Positions 1 to 12,400 of a stretch of DNA of 64,000 nt are shown one piece after another. Position 1 is the stretch's first letter. Each line of letters opens with the position of its first letter. Position numbers and translations under genes: made by a program. This DNA comes from Eledone cirrhosa (lineage: Eukaryota). The DNA is taken from positions 142,042,001 through 142,106,000 of the forward strand of contig OZ024743.1 of assembly GCA_964016885.1 (NCBI GenBank), written 5' to 3'. Under the pieces are notes generated by a model. That model saw nothing but the letters and a program-made list of their open reading frames with translations, was not told where the DNA came from and searched no databases.

Positions 1-199
1 GTGTTTGGTGCTTGGTGCTTGCTGTTTGGTGCTTGGTGTCTGGTGCATGGTGTTTGGTGCTTGATGCTTGGTGTTTGGTGTTTGGTGCTTGGTGTTTGGT
101 GCTGGGTGCTTGGTGCTTGGTGTTAGGTGTTAGGTGTTTGGTGATTGGTGCTTGGTGTTTGGTGCTTGGTGCTTGATGTTTGGTGCTTGGTGCTTGGTG

Positions 200-3100
200 T
201 TTGGTGCTTGGTGTTTGGTGCTTGGTACTTGGGGCTTGGTGTTTGGTGCTTGGTGCTTGGTGTTTGGTGCTTGGTGTTTGGTGTTTGGTGCTTGGTGTTT
301 GGTGCTTGGTGCTTGGTGCTGGGTGGTTGGTGTTTGGTGCTTGGTGCTTGGTGTTTGGTGCTTGGTGCTTGGTGTTTGGTGCTTGGCGCTTGGTGCTTGG
401 TCTTTGGTGCTTGGTGATTAGTGTTTGGTGCTTGGTGCTTGGGGTTTGGTGTTTGGTGCTTGGTGCTTGGTGTTTGGTGCTTGGTGCTTGGTGTTTGGTG
501 CTTGATGTTTGGTTTTTGCTGTTTGGTGTTTGGTGTTTGCTGTTTGCTGTTTGCTGTTTGGTGTCTGCTTTTTGGTGTTTGGTGTTTGCTGTATCGTGTT
601 TGCTGTTTCGTGTTTATTGTTTGCTGTTTGGTGTTTGGTGTTTGGTGTTTGGTGTTTCCTGTTTGGTGTTTAGTCTTTGGTGCTTGGTGTTTGGTGCTTG
701 GTGCTTGGTGTTTGGTGTTTGGTGCTTGGTGCTTGGTGTTTGGTGCTTGGTGCTTGTTGTTTGGTGATTGGTGCTTGGTGCTTGGTGTTTGGTGTTTGGT
801 GCTTGGGGCTTGGTGTTTGGTGCTGCGTGCTTGGTGCTTGGTACTTGGTGCTTGGTGCTTGGTGTTTGGTGTTTGATGATTGGTGTTTGGTGTTTGGTGT
901 TTGGTGCTTGGTGCTTGGTGTTTGGTGTTTGATGCTTGCTGCTTGATGCTTGGTGCTTGGTGCTTGGTGTTTGGTGCTTGGTGCTTGGTACTTGGTGTTT
1001 GGTTCTTGGTGTTTGCTGTTTGCTGTTTGGTGTTTGGTGTTTGCTGTTTGGTGTTTGTTGTTTGGTGTTTGGTGCTTGGTGTTTGGTGCTTGGTGCTTGG
1101 TGTTTGGTGCTAGGTGCTTGGTGCTTGGTGCTTGGTGCTTGGTGCTTGGTGCTTGGTGTTAGGTGTTTGGTGCTTCATGCCTGGTGCTTGGTGTTTGGTG
1201 CTTGGTGCTTGGTGTTTGGTGCTTGGTGCCTGGTGCATGGTGTTTGTTGCTTGGTGCTTGGTGTTTGGTGTTTGGTGCTTGGTGTTTGGTGCTTGGTGCT
1301 TGGTGTTAGGTGTTAGGTGTTTGGTGCTTGGTGCTTGGTCCTTGGTGTTTGGTGTTTGGTGTTTGGTGCTTGCTGCTTGCTGCTTGGTGTTTGGTGCTTG
1401 GTGATTGGTGCTTGGTGTTTGGTGCTTGGTGCTTGGTGTTTGGTGCTAGGTGCTTGGTTCTTGGTGCTTGGTGTTTGGTGTTTGGTGCTTGGTACTTGGG
1501 GCTTGGTGTTTGGTGCTTGGTGCTTCGTGTTTGGTGTTTGGTGCTTGGTGCTTGGTGTTTGGTGTTTGGTGCTTGCTACGTGGTGCTTGGTGCTTGGTGT
1601 TAGGTGTTTGGTGCTTGGTGCGTGGTGTTTGGTTTTTGGTGCTTGGTGCTTGGTGGTTGGTGTTTGGTGCTTGCTGCTGGCTGCTTGGTGTTTGGTGCTT
1701 GGTGATTGGTGCTTGGTGATTGGTGCTTGGTGTTTGGTGCTTGGTGTTTGGTGTTTGGTGCTAGGTGCTTGGTGTTTGGTGTTTGGTGCTTGGTGCTTGG
1801 TGTTTGGTGTTTGGTGCTTGGTGCTTGGTGTTTGGTGCTTGGTGCTGGGTGGTTGGTGTTTGGTGCTTGGTGTTTGGTGCTGGGTGCTTGGTGTTAGGTG
1901 CTTGGTGCTTGGTCTTTGGTGCTTGGTGTTTGGTGTTTGGTGCTTGGTGCTTGGTGCTTGGTGTTTGGTGCTTGGTGCTTGGTGTTTGGTGCTTGGTGCT
2001 TGGTGTTTGGTGCTTGGTGATTAGTGTTTGGTGCTTGGTGCTTGGGGTTTGGTGTTTGGTGCTTGGTGCTTGGTGTTTGGTGCTTGGTACTTGGTGTTTG
2101 GTGCTTGGTGTTTGGTGTTTGCTGTTTGGTGTTTGGTGTTTGGTGTTTGATGTTTGCTGTTTGGTGTCTGCTTTTTGGTGTTTGGTGTTTGCTGTATGGT
2201 GTTTGCTGTTTCGTGTTTGGTGTTTGCTGTTTGGTGTTTGGTGTTTGCTGTTTGGTGTTTGGTCTTTGGTGCTTGGTGTTTGGTGCTTGGTGTTTGGTGT
2301 TTGGTGCTTGGTGCTTGGTGTTTGGTATTTGGTGCTTGGTGCTTGGTGCTTGGTGTTTGGTGTTTGGTGCTTGGTGCTTGGTGCTTGGTGTTTGGTGCTT
2401 GGTGCTTGGTGTTTGGTGCTGGGTGCTTGGTGTTTGGTGCTTGGTGCTTGGTGCTTGGTGTTTGGTGCTGGGTGCTTGGTGTTTGGTGTTTGGTGTTATA
2501 TGCTTGGTGTTTGATGCTTGGTGCTTGGTGCTTGTTGTTTGGTGTTTGGTGCTTGGTGTTTGATGCTTGGTGTTTGATGCTTGCTGCTTGGTGCTTGGTG
2601 TTTGGTGCTTGGTGCTTGGTGTTTGTACTTGGTGCTTGGTGCTTGGTTCTTTGTGTTTGGTGCTTGGTGCTTGGTGCTTGGTGCTTTGTGTTTGGTGCTT
2701 GGTGTTTGGTGCTTGGTGTTTGGTGCTTGGTGCCTGGTGCTTTGGTGCTTGGTACTTGGTGTTTGGTGCTTGGTGTTTGGTGCTTGGTGTTAGGTGTTTG
2801 GTGCTTGGTGCTTGGTGTTTGGTGTTTGGTGCTTGGTGTTTGGTGCTTGGTGCTTGGTGTTTGGTGTTTGGTGCTTGGTGTTTGGTGCTTGGTACTTGGT
2901 GCTTGGTGCTTGGTGTTAGGTGTTTGGTGCTTGGTGTTTGGTTTTTGGTGCTTGGTGCTTGGTGTTTGGTGTTTGGTGCTTGGTGCTTGGTGTTTGGTGC
3001 TTGGTGCTGGGTGGTTGGTGTTTGGTGCTTGGTGTTTGGTGCTGGGTGCTTGGTGTTTGGTGCTTGGTGCTTGGTCTTTGGTGCTTGGTGTTTGGTGTTT

Positions 3101-5470
3101 GGTGCTTGGTATTTGGTGTTTGGTTCTTGGTGCTTGGTGTTTGGTGCTTGGTGCTTAGTGTTTGGTGCTAGGTGCTTGGGGTTTGGTGTTTGGTGCTTGG
3201 TGTTTGGTGCTTGGTGCTTGGTGTTTGGTGTTTGGTGTTTGGTGCTTGGTGCTTGGTATTTGGTGTTTGCTGTTTACTGTTTGGTGTTTGTTGTTTGGTG
3301 TTTGTTGTTTGGTGTTTGTTGTTTGGTGTTTGTTGTTTGGTGTTTGCTGTTTGGTGTTTGGTGTTTGTTGTTTGGTGTTTGCTGTTTGGTGTCTGCTTTT
3401 TGGTGTTTGGTGTTTGCTGTATGTTGTTTGCTGTTTGGTGTTTGGTGTTTGGTATTTGGTGTTTGGTGCTTGGTGCTTGGTGTTTGGTGCTTGGTGCTTG
3501 GTGTTTGGTGCCTGGTGCGTGGTGCTTGGTGTTTGGTGTTTGGTGCTTGGTGCTTGGTGGTTGGAGTTTGGTGTTTGCTGCTTGTTGCTTGGTGTTTTGT
3601 GTTTGGTGTTTGGTTTTTGGTGCTTGGTGCTTGGTGCTTGGTCCTTGGTGTTTGGTGCTGGGTGCTTTGTGTTTGGTGCTTGGTGCTTCGTGCTTGGTGT
3701 TTGGTGTTTGCTGCTTGGTGTTTGGTGCTTGGTGCTTGGTGCTTGGTGTTTTGTGTTTGGTGCTTGGTGCTTGGTGTTTGTACTTGGTGCTTGGTGCTTG
3801 GTGTTTGGTTCTTGGTTCTTGGTGTTTGGTACTTGGTGCTTGCTGCTTGGTGCTTGGTGTTTGGTGCTTGGTGTTTGGTGCTTGGTGCTTGGTGTTTGGT
3901 GCTTGGTGTTTGGTGTTTGGTGCTTGGTGCTTGGTGTTTGGTGTTTGGTGTTTGCTGTTTGCTGTTTGCTGTTTGGTGTCTGCTTTTTGGTGTTTGGTGT
4001 TTGCTGTATGGTGTTTGCTGTTTCGTGTTTGGTGTTTGCTGTTTGGTGTTTGTTCTTTGGTGCTTGGTGTTTGGTGCTTGGTGCTTAGTGTTTGGTGTTT
4101 GGTGCTTGGTGCTTGGTGTTTGGTGTTTGGTGCTTGGTGCTTGGTGCTTGATATTTGGTGTTTGGTGCTTGGTGTCTGGTGCTTGGTGTTTGGTGCTTGG
4201 TGTTTGGTGTTTGGTGTTTGGTGCTTGGTGCTTGGTATTTGGTGTTTGGTGCTTGGTGTCTGGTGCTTGGTGTTTGGTGCTTGGTGTTTGGTGTTTGGTG
4301 TTTGGTGCTTGGTGCTTGGTGTTTGGTGTTTGGTGTTTGGTGTTTGGTGTTTGCTGTTTGGTGTCTGCTTTTTGGTGTTTGGTGTTTGCTGTATGGTGTT
4401 TGCTGTTTCGTGTTTGGTGTTTGCTGTTTGGTGTTTGGTGTTTGCTGTTTGGTGTTTGGTCTTTGGTGCTTGGTGTTTGGTGCTTGGTGTTTGGTGTTTG
4501 GTGCTTGGTGCTTGGTGTTTGGTATTTGGTGCTTGGTGCTTGGTGCTTGGTGTTTGGTGTTTGGTGCTTGGTGCTTGGTGCTTGGTGTTTGGTGCTTGGT
4601 GCTTGGTGTTTGGTGCTGGGTGCTTGGTGTTTGGTGCTTGGTGTTTGGTGCTTGGTACTTGGGGCTTGGTGTTTGGTGCTTGGTGCTTGGTGTTTGGTGC
4701 TTGGTGTTTGGTGTTTGGTGCTTGGTGTTTGGTGCTTGGTGCTTGGTGCTGGGTGGTTGGTGTTTGGTGCTTGGTGCTTGGTGTTTGGTGCTTGGTGCTT
4801 GGTGTTTGGTGCTTGGCGCTTGGTGCTTGGTCTTTGGTGCTTGGTGATTAGTGTTTGGTGCTTGGTGCTTGGGGTTTGGTGTTTGGTGCTTGGTGCTTGG
4901 TGTTTGGTGCTTGGTGCTTGGTGTTTGGTGCTTGATGTTTGGTTTTTGCTGTTTGGTGTTTGGTGTTTGCTGTTTGCTGTTTGCTGTTTGGTGTCTGCTT
5001 TTTGGTGTTTGGTGTTTGCTGTATCGTGTTTGCTGTTTCGTGTTTATTGTTTGCTGTTTGGTGTTTGGTGTTTGGTGTTTGGTGTTTCCTGTTTGGTGTT
5101 TAGTCTTTGGTGCTTGGTGTTTGGTGCTTGGTGCTTGGTGTTTGGTGTTTGGTGCTTGGTGCTTGGTGTTTGGTGCTTGGTACTTTTTGTTTGGTGATTG
5201 GTGCTTGGTGCTTGGTGTTTGGTGTTTGGTGCTTGGGGCTTGGTGTTTGGTGCTGCGTGCTTGGTGCTTGGTACTTGGTGCTTGGTGCTTGGTGTTTGGT
5301 GTTTGATGATTGGTGTTTGGTGTTTGGTGTTTGGTGCTTGGTGCTTGGTGTTTGGTGTTTGATGCTTGCTGCTTGATGCTTGGTGCTTGGTGCTTGGTGT
5401 TTGGTGCTTGGTGCTTGGTACTTGGTGTTTGGTTCTTGGTGTTTGCTGTTTGCTGTTTGGTGTTTGGTGT
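200..5470 (+). repeat. Leading part of the same HOR, offset 4430 bp (about 200-1040 matches about 4630-5470)
   Basis: ORFs 421..876/4851..5306 and 677..946/5107..5376 are near-identical. 4801-4430 = 371 = 53 whole heptamers. Confidence 0.88.
510..675 (+). repeat. Representative TTGCTGT-rich island centred on the variant unit CTGCTTT (565-571); about 55-60 such islands in the window
   Basis: A run of about 20 units ending only in T and enriched for TTGCTGT/TTGTTGT. The same core TGTCTGCTTTTTGG recurs at 2168, 3393, 3980, 4364, 4995, 5492 and onward to 63640. Confidence 0.9.
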
Positions 5471-8400
5471 TTGCTGGTTGCTGTTTGGTGTCTGCTTTTT
5501 GGTGTTTGTTGTTTGCTCTATGGTGTTTGCTGTTTCATGTTTGGTGTTTGCTGTTTGGTGTTTGTTGTTTGGTGTTTGGTGCTTGGTGTTTGGTGCTTGG
5601 TGCTTGGTGTTTGGTGCTAGGTGCTTGGTGCTTGGTGCTTGGTGTTTGGTGTTTGGTGCTTGGTACTTGGGGCTTGGTGTTTGGTGCTTGGTGCTTCGTG
5701 CTTGGTGTTTGGTGCTTGGTGCTTGGTGTTTGGTGTTTGGTGCTTGGTGCCTGGTGCTTGTTGTTTGGTGATTGGTGCTTGGTGTTTGCTGTTTGGTGCT
5801 GCGTGCTTGGTGCTTGGTGCTTGGTGCTTGGTGCTTGGTGTTTTGTGTTTGGTGTTTGATGCTTGGTGTTTGGTGTTTGGTGCTTGGTGCTTGGTGTTTG
5901 GTGTTTGATGCTTGGTGCTTGATGCTTGGTGCTTGGTGCTTGGTGCTTGGTGCTTGGTGTTAGGTGTTTGGTGCTTCATGCCTGGTGCTTGGTGTTTGGT
6001 GCTTGGTGCTTGGTGTTTGGTGCTTGGTGCCTGGTGCATGGTGTTTGTTGCTTGGTGCTTGGTGTTTGGTGTTTGGTGCTTGGTGTTTGGTGCTTGGTGC
6101 TTGGTGTTAGGTGTTAGGTGTTTGGTGCTTGGTGCTTGGTCCTTGGTGTTTGGTGTTTGGTGTTTGGTGCTTGCTGCTTGCTGCTTGGTGTTTGGTGCTT
6201 GGTGATTGGTGCTTGGTGTTTGGTGCTTGGTGCTTGGTGTTTGGTGCTAGGTGCTTGGTTCTTGGTGCTTGGTGTTTGGTGTTTGGTGCTTGGTACTTGG
6301 GGCTTGGTGTTTGGTGCTTGGTGCTTCGTGTTTGGTGTTTGGTGCTTGGTGCTTGGTGTTTGGTGTTTGGTGCTTGCTACGTGGTGCTTGGTGCTTGGTG
6401 TTAGGTGTTTGGTGCTTGGTGCGTGGTGTTTGGTTTTTGGTGCTTGGTGCTTGGTGGTTGGTGTTTGGTGCTTGCTGCTGGCTGCTTGGTGTTTGGTGCT
6501 TGGTGATTGGTGCTTGGTGATTGGTGCTTGGTGTTTGGTGCTTGGTGTTTGGTGTTTGGTGCTAGGTGCTTGGTGTTTGGTGTTTGGTGCTTGGTGTTTG
6601 GTGTTTGGTGTTTGGTGCTTGGTGCTTGGTGTTTGGTGCTTGGTGCTGGGTGGTTGGTGTTTGGTGCTTGGTGTTTGGTGCTGGGTGCTTGGTGTTAGGT
6701 GCTTGGTGCTTGGTCTTTGGTGCTTGGTGTTTGGTGTTTGGTGCTTGGTGCTTGGTGCTTGGTGTTTGGTGCTTGGTGCTTGGTGTTTGGTGCTTGGTGC
6801 TTGGTGTTTGGTGCTTGGTGATTAGTGTTTGGTGCTTGGTGCTTGGGGTTTGGTGTTTGGTGCTTGGTGCTTGGTGTTTGGTGCTTGGTACTTGGTGTTT
6901 GGTGCTTGGTGTTTGGTGTTTGCTGTTTGGTGTTTGGTGTTTGGTGTTTGATGTTTGCTGTTTGGTGTCTGCTTTTTGGTGTTTGGTGTTTGCTGTATGG
7001 TGTTTGCTGTTTCGTGTTTGGTGTTTGCTGTTTGGTGTTTGGTGTTTGCTGTTTGGTGTTTGGTCTTTGGTGCTTGGTGTTTGGTGCTTGGTGTTTGGTG
7101 TTTGGTGCTTGGTGCTTGGTGCTTGGTATTTGGTGCTTGGTGCTTGGTGCTTGGTGTTTGGTGTTTGGTGCTTGGTGCTTGGTGCTTGGTGTTTGGTGCT
7201 TGGTGCTTGGTGTTTGGTGCTGGGTGCTTGGTGTTTGGTGCTTGGTGCTTGGTGCTTGGTGTTTGGTGCTGGGTGCTTGGTGTTTGGTGTTTGGTGTTAT
7301 ATGCTTGGTGTTTGATGCTTGGTGCTTGGTGCTTGTTGTTTGGTGTTTGGTGCTTGGTGTTTGATGCTTGGTGTTTGATGCTTGCTGCTTGGTGCTTGGT
7401 GTTTGGTGCTTGGTGCTTGGTGTTTGTACTTGGTGCTTGGTGCTTGGTTCTTTGTGTTTGGTGCTTGGTGCTTGGTGCTTGGTGCTTTGTGTTTGGTGCT
7501 TGGTGTTTGGTGCTTGGTGTTTGGTGCTTGGTGCCTGGTGCTTTGGTGCTTGGTACTTGCTGTTTGGTGCTTGGTGTTTGGTGCTTGGTGTTAGGTGTTT
7601 GGTGCTTGGTGCTTGGTGTTTGGTGTTTGGTGCTTGGTGTTTGGTGCTTGGTGCTTGGTGTTTGGTGTTTGGTGCTTGGTGTTTGGTGCTTGGTACTTGG
7701 TGCTTGGTGCTTGGTGTTAGGTGTTTGGTGCTTGGTGTTTGGTTTTTGGTGCTTGGTGCTTGGTGTTTGGTGTTTGGTGCTTGGTGCTTGGTGTTTGGTG
7801 CTTGGTGCTGGGTGGTTGGTGTTTGGTGCTTGGTGTTTGGTGCTGGGTGCTTGGTGTTTGGTGCTTGGTGCTTGGTCTTTGGTGCTTGGTGTTTGGTGTT
7901 TGGTGCATGGTATTTGGTGTTTGGTTCTTGGTGCTTGGTGTTTGGTGCTTGGTGCTTAGTGTTTGGTGCTAGGTGCTTGGGGTTTGGTGTTTGGTGCTTG
8001 GTGTTTGGTGCTTGGTGCTTGGTGTTTGGTGTTTGGTGTTTGGTGCTTGGTGCTTGGTATTTGGTGTTTGCTGTTTACTGTTTGGTGTTTGTTGTTTGGT
8101 GTTTGTTGTTTGGTGTTTGTTGTTTGGTGTTTGTTGTTTGGTGTTTGCTGTTTGGTGTTTGGTGTTTGTTGTTTGGTGTTTGCTGTTTGGTGTCTGCTTT
8201 TTGGTGTTTGGTGTTTGCTGTATGTTGTTTGCTGTTTGGTGTTTGGTGTTTGGTATTTGGTGTTTGGTGCTTGGTGCTTGGTGTTTGGTGCTTGGTGCTT
8301 GGTGTTTGGTGCCTGGTGCGTGGTGCTTGGTGTTTGGTGTTTGGTGCTTGGTGCTTGGTGGTTGGAGTTTGGTGTTTGCTGCTTGTTGCTTGGTGTTTTG

Positions 8401-9400
8401 TGTTTGGTGTTTGGTTTTTGGTGCTTGGTGCTTGGTGCTTGGTCCTTGGTGTTTGGTGCTGGGTGCTTTGTGTTTGGTGCTTGGTGCTTCGTGCTTGGTG
8501 TTTGGTGTTTGCTGCTTGGTGTTTGGTGCTTGGTGCTTGGTGCTTGGTATTTCGTGTTTGGTGCTTGGTGCTTGGTGTTTGTACTTGGTGCTTGGTGCTT
8601 GGTGTTTGGTTCTTGGTTCTTGGTGTTTGGTACTTGGTGCTTGCTGCTTGGTGCTTGGTGTTTGGTGCTTGGTGTTTGGTGCTTGGTGCTTGGTGTTTGG
8701 TGCTTGGTGTTTGGTGTTTGGTGCTTGGTGCTTGGTGTTTGGTGTTTGGTGTTTGCTGTTTGCTGTTTGCTGTTTGGTGTCTGCTTTTTGGTGTTTGGTG
8801 TTTGCTGTATGGTGTTTGCTGTTTCGTGTTTGGTGTTTGCTGTTTGGTGTTTGTTCTTTGGTGCTTGGTGTTTGGTGCTTGGTGCTTAGTGTTTGGTGTT
8901 TGGTGCTTGGTGCTTGGTGTTTGGTGTTTGGTGCTTGGTGCTTGGTGCTTGATATTTGGTGTTTGGTGCTTGGTGTCTGGTGCTTGGTGTTTGGTGCTTG
9001 GTGTTTGGTGTTTGGTGTTTGGTGCTTGGTGCTTGGTATTTGGTGTTTGGTGCTTGGTGTCTGGTGCTTGGTGTTTGGTGCTTGGTGTTTGGTGTTTGGT
9101 GTTTGGTGCTTGGTGCTTGGTGTTTGGTGTTTGGTGTTTGGTGTTTGGTGTTTGCTGTTTGGTGTCTGCTTTTTGGTGTTTGGTGTTTGCTGTATGGTGT
9201 TTGCTGTTTCGTGTTTGGTGTTTGCTGTTTGGTGTTTGGTGTTTGCTGTTTGGTGTTTGGTCTTTGGTGCTTGGTGTTTGGTGCTTGGTGTTTGGTGTTT
9301 GGTGCTTGGTGCTTGGTGTTTGGTATTTGGTGCTTGGTGCTTGGTGCTTGGTGTTTGGTGTTTGGTGCTTGGTGCTTGGTGCTTGGTGTTTGGTACTTGG
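1114..9400 (+). repeat. Higher-order tandem duplication, period 4801 bp (about 1.1-4.6 kb matches about 5.9-9.4 kb)
   Basis: Marker and ORF pairs offset by exactly 4801: 1310/6111, 1317/6118, 2567/7368, 3172/7973, 4155/8956; TATATGC 2497/7298; extra-T unit 2741/7542. Confidence 0.93.
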
Positions 9401-12400
9401 TGCTTGGTGTTTGGTGCTGGGTGCTTGGTGTTTGGTGCTTGGTGCTTGGTGTTTGGTGCTGGGTGCTTGGTGTTTGGTGTTTGGTGTTATATGCTTGGTG
9501 TTTGATGCTTGGTGCTTGGTGCTTGTTGTTTGATGTTTGGTGCTTGGTGTTTGATGCTTGGTGTTTGATGCTTGGTGCTTGGTGCTTGGTGTTTGGTGCT
9601 TGGTGCTTGGTGTTTGTACTTGGTGCTTGGTGCTTGGTTCTTTGTGTTTGGTGCTTGGTGCTTGGTGCTTGGTGCTTTGTGTTTGGTGCTTGGTGTTTGG
9701 TGCTTGGTGTTTGGTGCTTGGTGCCTGGTGCTTGGTGCTTGGTGCTTGGTGTTTGGTGCTTCGTGTTTGGTGCTTGGTGTTAGGTGTTTGGTGCTTGGTG
9801 CTTGGTGTTTGGTGTTTGGTGCTTGGTGTTTGGTGCTTGGTGCTTGGTGTTTGGTGTTTGGTGCTTGGTGTTTGGTGCTTGGTACTTGGTGCTTGGTGCT
9901 TGGTGTTAGGTGTTTGGTGCTTGGTGTTTGGTTTTTGGTGCTTGGTGCTTGGTGTTTGGTGATTGGTGCTTGCTGCTGGCTGCTTGGTGCTTGGTGATTG
10001 GGGCTTGGTGTTTGGTGCTTGGTGTTTGGTGTTTGGTTCTAGGTGCTTGGTGCTTGGTGTTTGGTGCTTGGTGTTTGGTGTTTGGTGTTTGGTGCTTGGT
10101 GCTTGGTGTTTGGTGCTTGGTGCTGGGTGGTTGGTGTTTGGTGCTTGGTGTTTGGTGCTGGGTGCTTGGTGTTTGGTGCTTGGTGATTGGTCTTTGGTGC
10201 TTGGTGTTTGGTGTTTGGTGCTTGCTGCTTGGTGTTTGTTTCTTGGTGCTTGGTGTTTGGTGCTTGGTGCTTAGTGTTTGGTGCTAGGTGCTTGGGGTTT
10301 GGTGTTTGGTGCTTGGTGTTTGGTGCTTGGTGCTTGGTGTTTGGTGTTTGGTGTTTGGTGCTTGGTATTTGGTGTTTGCTGTTTACTGTTTGGTGTTTGG
10401 TGTTTGGTGTTTGTTGTTTGGTGTTTGTTGTTTGGTGTTTGTTGTTTGGTGTTTGCTATTTGGTGTTTGGTGTTTGTTGTTTGGTGTTTGCAGTTTGGTG
10501 TCTGCTTTTTGGTGTTTGGTGTTTGCTGTATGTTGTTTGCTGTTTGGTGTTTGGTGTTTGGTATTTGGTGTTTGGTGTTTGGTGCTTGGTGTTTGGTGCT
10601 TGGTGCTTGGTGTTTGGTGCTAGGTGCTTGGTGCTTGGTGCTTGGTGTTTGGTGTTTGGTGCTTGGTACTTGGGGCTTGGTGTTTGGTGCTTGGTGCTTC
10701 GTGCTTGGTGTTTGGTGCTTGGTGCTTGGTGTTTGGTGTTTGGTGCTTGGTGCCTGGTGCTTGTTGTTTGGTGATTGGTGCTTGGTGATTGCTGTTTGGT
10801 GCTGCGTGCTTGGTGCTTGGTGCTTGGTGCTTGGTGCTTGGTGTTTTGTGTTTGGTGTTTGATGCTTGGTGTTTGGTGTTTGGTGCTTGGTGCTTGGTGT
10901 TTGGTGTTTGATGCTTGGTGCTTGATGCTTGGTGCTTGGTGCTTGGTGTTTGGTGCTTGGTGCTTGGTGTTTGTACTTGGTGTTTGGTGCTTGGTGTTTG
11001 GTGCTTGGTGCTTGGTGTTTGGTGCTTGGTGCTTGGTGTTTGGTGTTTGGTGCTTGGTGTTTGGTGCTTGGTGCTTGGTGCTTGGTGTTAGGTGTTTGGT
11101 GCTTCATGCCTGGTGCTTGGTCTTTGGTGCTTGGTGCTTGGTGTTTGGTGCTTGGTGCCTGGTGCATGGTGTTTGTTGCTTGGTGCTTGGTGTTTGGTGT
11201 TTGGTGCTTCATGCCTGGTGCTTGGTGTTTGGTGCTTGGTGCTTGGTGTTTGGTGCTTGGTGCCTGGTGCATGGTGTTTGTTGCTTGGTGCTTGGTGTTT
11301 GGTGTTTGGTGCTTGGTGTTTGGTGCTTGGTGCTTGGTGTTAGGTGTTAGGTGTTTGGTGCTTGGTGCTTGGTCCTTGGTGTTTGGTGTTTGGTGTTTGG
11401 TGCTTGCTGCTTGCTGCTTGGTGTTTGGTGCTTGGTGATTGGTGCTTGGTGTTTGGTGCTTGGTGCTTGGTGTTTGGTGCTAGGTGCTTGGTGCTTGGTG
11501 CTTGGTGTTTGGTGTTTGGTGCTAGGTACTTGGGGCTTGGTGTTTGGTGCTTGGTGCTTCGTGTTTGGTGTTTGGTGCTTGGTGCTTGGTGTTTGGTGTT
11601 TGGTGCTTGCTACGTGGTGCTTGGTGCTTGGTGTTAGGTATTTGGTGCTTGGTGCGTGGTGTTTGGTTTTTGGTGCTTGGTGCTTGGTGGTTGGTGTTTG
11701 GTGCTTGCTGCTGGCTGCTTAGTGTTTGCTGCTTGGTGATTGGTGCTTGGTGATTGGTGCTTGGTGTTTGGTGCTTGGTGTTTGGTGTTTGGTGCTAGGT
11801 GCTTGGTGTTTGGTGTTTGGTGCTTGGTGCTTGGTGTTTGGTGTTTGGTGCTTGGTGCTTGGTGTTTGGTGCTTGGTGCTGGGTGGTTGGTGTTTGGTGC
11901 TTGGTGTTTGGTGCTGGGTGCTTGGTGTTAGGTGCTTGGTGCTTGGTCTTTGGTGCTTGGTGTTTGGTGTTTGGTGCTTGGTACTTGGTGCTTGGTGTTT
12001 GGTGCTTGGTGCTTGGTGTTTGCTGCTTGGTGCTTGGTGTTTGGTGCTTGGTGATTAGTGTTTGGTGCTTGGTGCTTGGGGTTTGGTGTTTGGTGCTTGG
12101 TGCTTGGTGTTTGGTGCTTGGTACTTGGTGTTTGGTGCTTGGTGTTTGGTGTTTGCTGTTTGGTGTTTGGTGTTTGGTGTTTGATGTTTGCTGTTTGGTG
12201 TCTGCTTTTTGGTGTTTGGTGTTTGCTGTATGGTGTTTGCTGTTTCGTGTTTGGTGTTTGCTGTTTGGTGTTTGGTGTTTGCTGTTTGGTGTTTGGTCTT
12301 TGGTGCTTGGTGTTTGGTGCTTGGTGTTTGGTGTTTGGTGCTTGGTGCTTGGTGTTTGGTATTTGGTGCTTGGTGCTTGGTGCTTGGTGTTTGGTGTTTG

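Noticed and set aside
123-136. TTAGG-containing doublet as a canonical insect (TTAGG)n or vertebrate (TTAGGG)n telomere seed
   Set aside because: It is two in-register TAGGTGT variants of the heptamer. No tandem TTAGG or TTAGGG run was seen.
318-327. GCTGGGTGG, resembling the E. coli Chi site GCTGGTGG
   Set aside because: It is not an exact match, is simply the variant unit TGGGTGG, and has no bacterial context.
2496-2503. TTATATGC as a TATA-like promoter element
   Set aside because: It is an in-register variant heptamer spread by duplication, with no downstream gene or other promoter context.
2567-5197. Long + strand ORFs (e.g. 876 aa here, 721 aa at 7368, 676 aa at 29017) resembling hydrophobic Trp/Cys-rich membrane proteins
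   Set aside because: All three frames give the same WCLVLGA/V heptad because 7 is not divisible by 3 and the A-poor strand rarely makes stops. The ORFs overlap in all frames, most start at TTG/GTG/CTG, there is no unique domain, and indels ignore codon phase.
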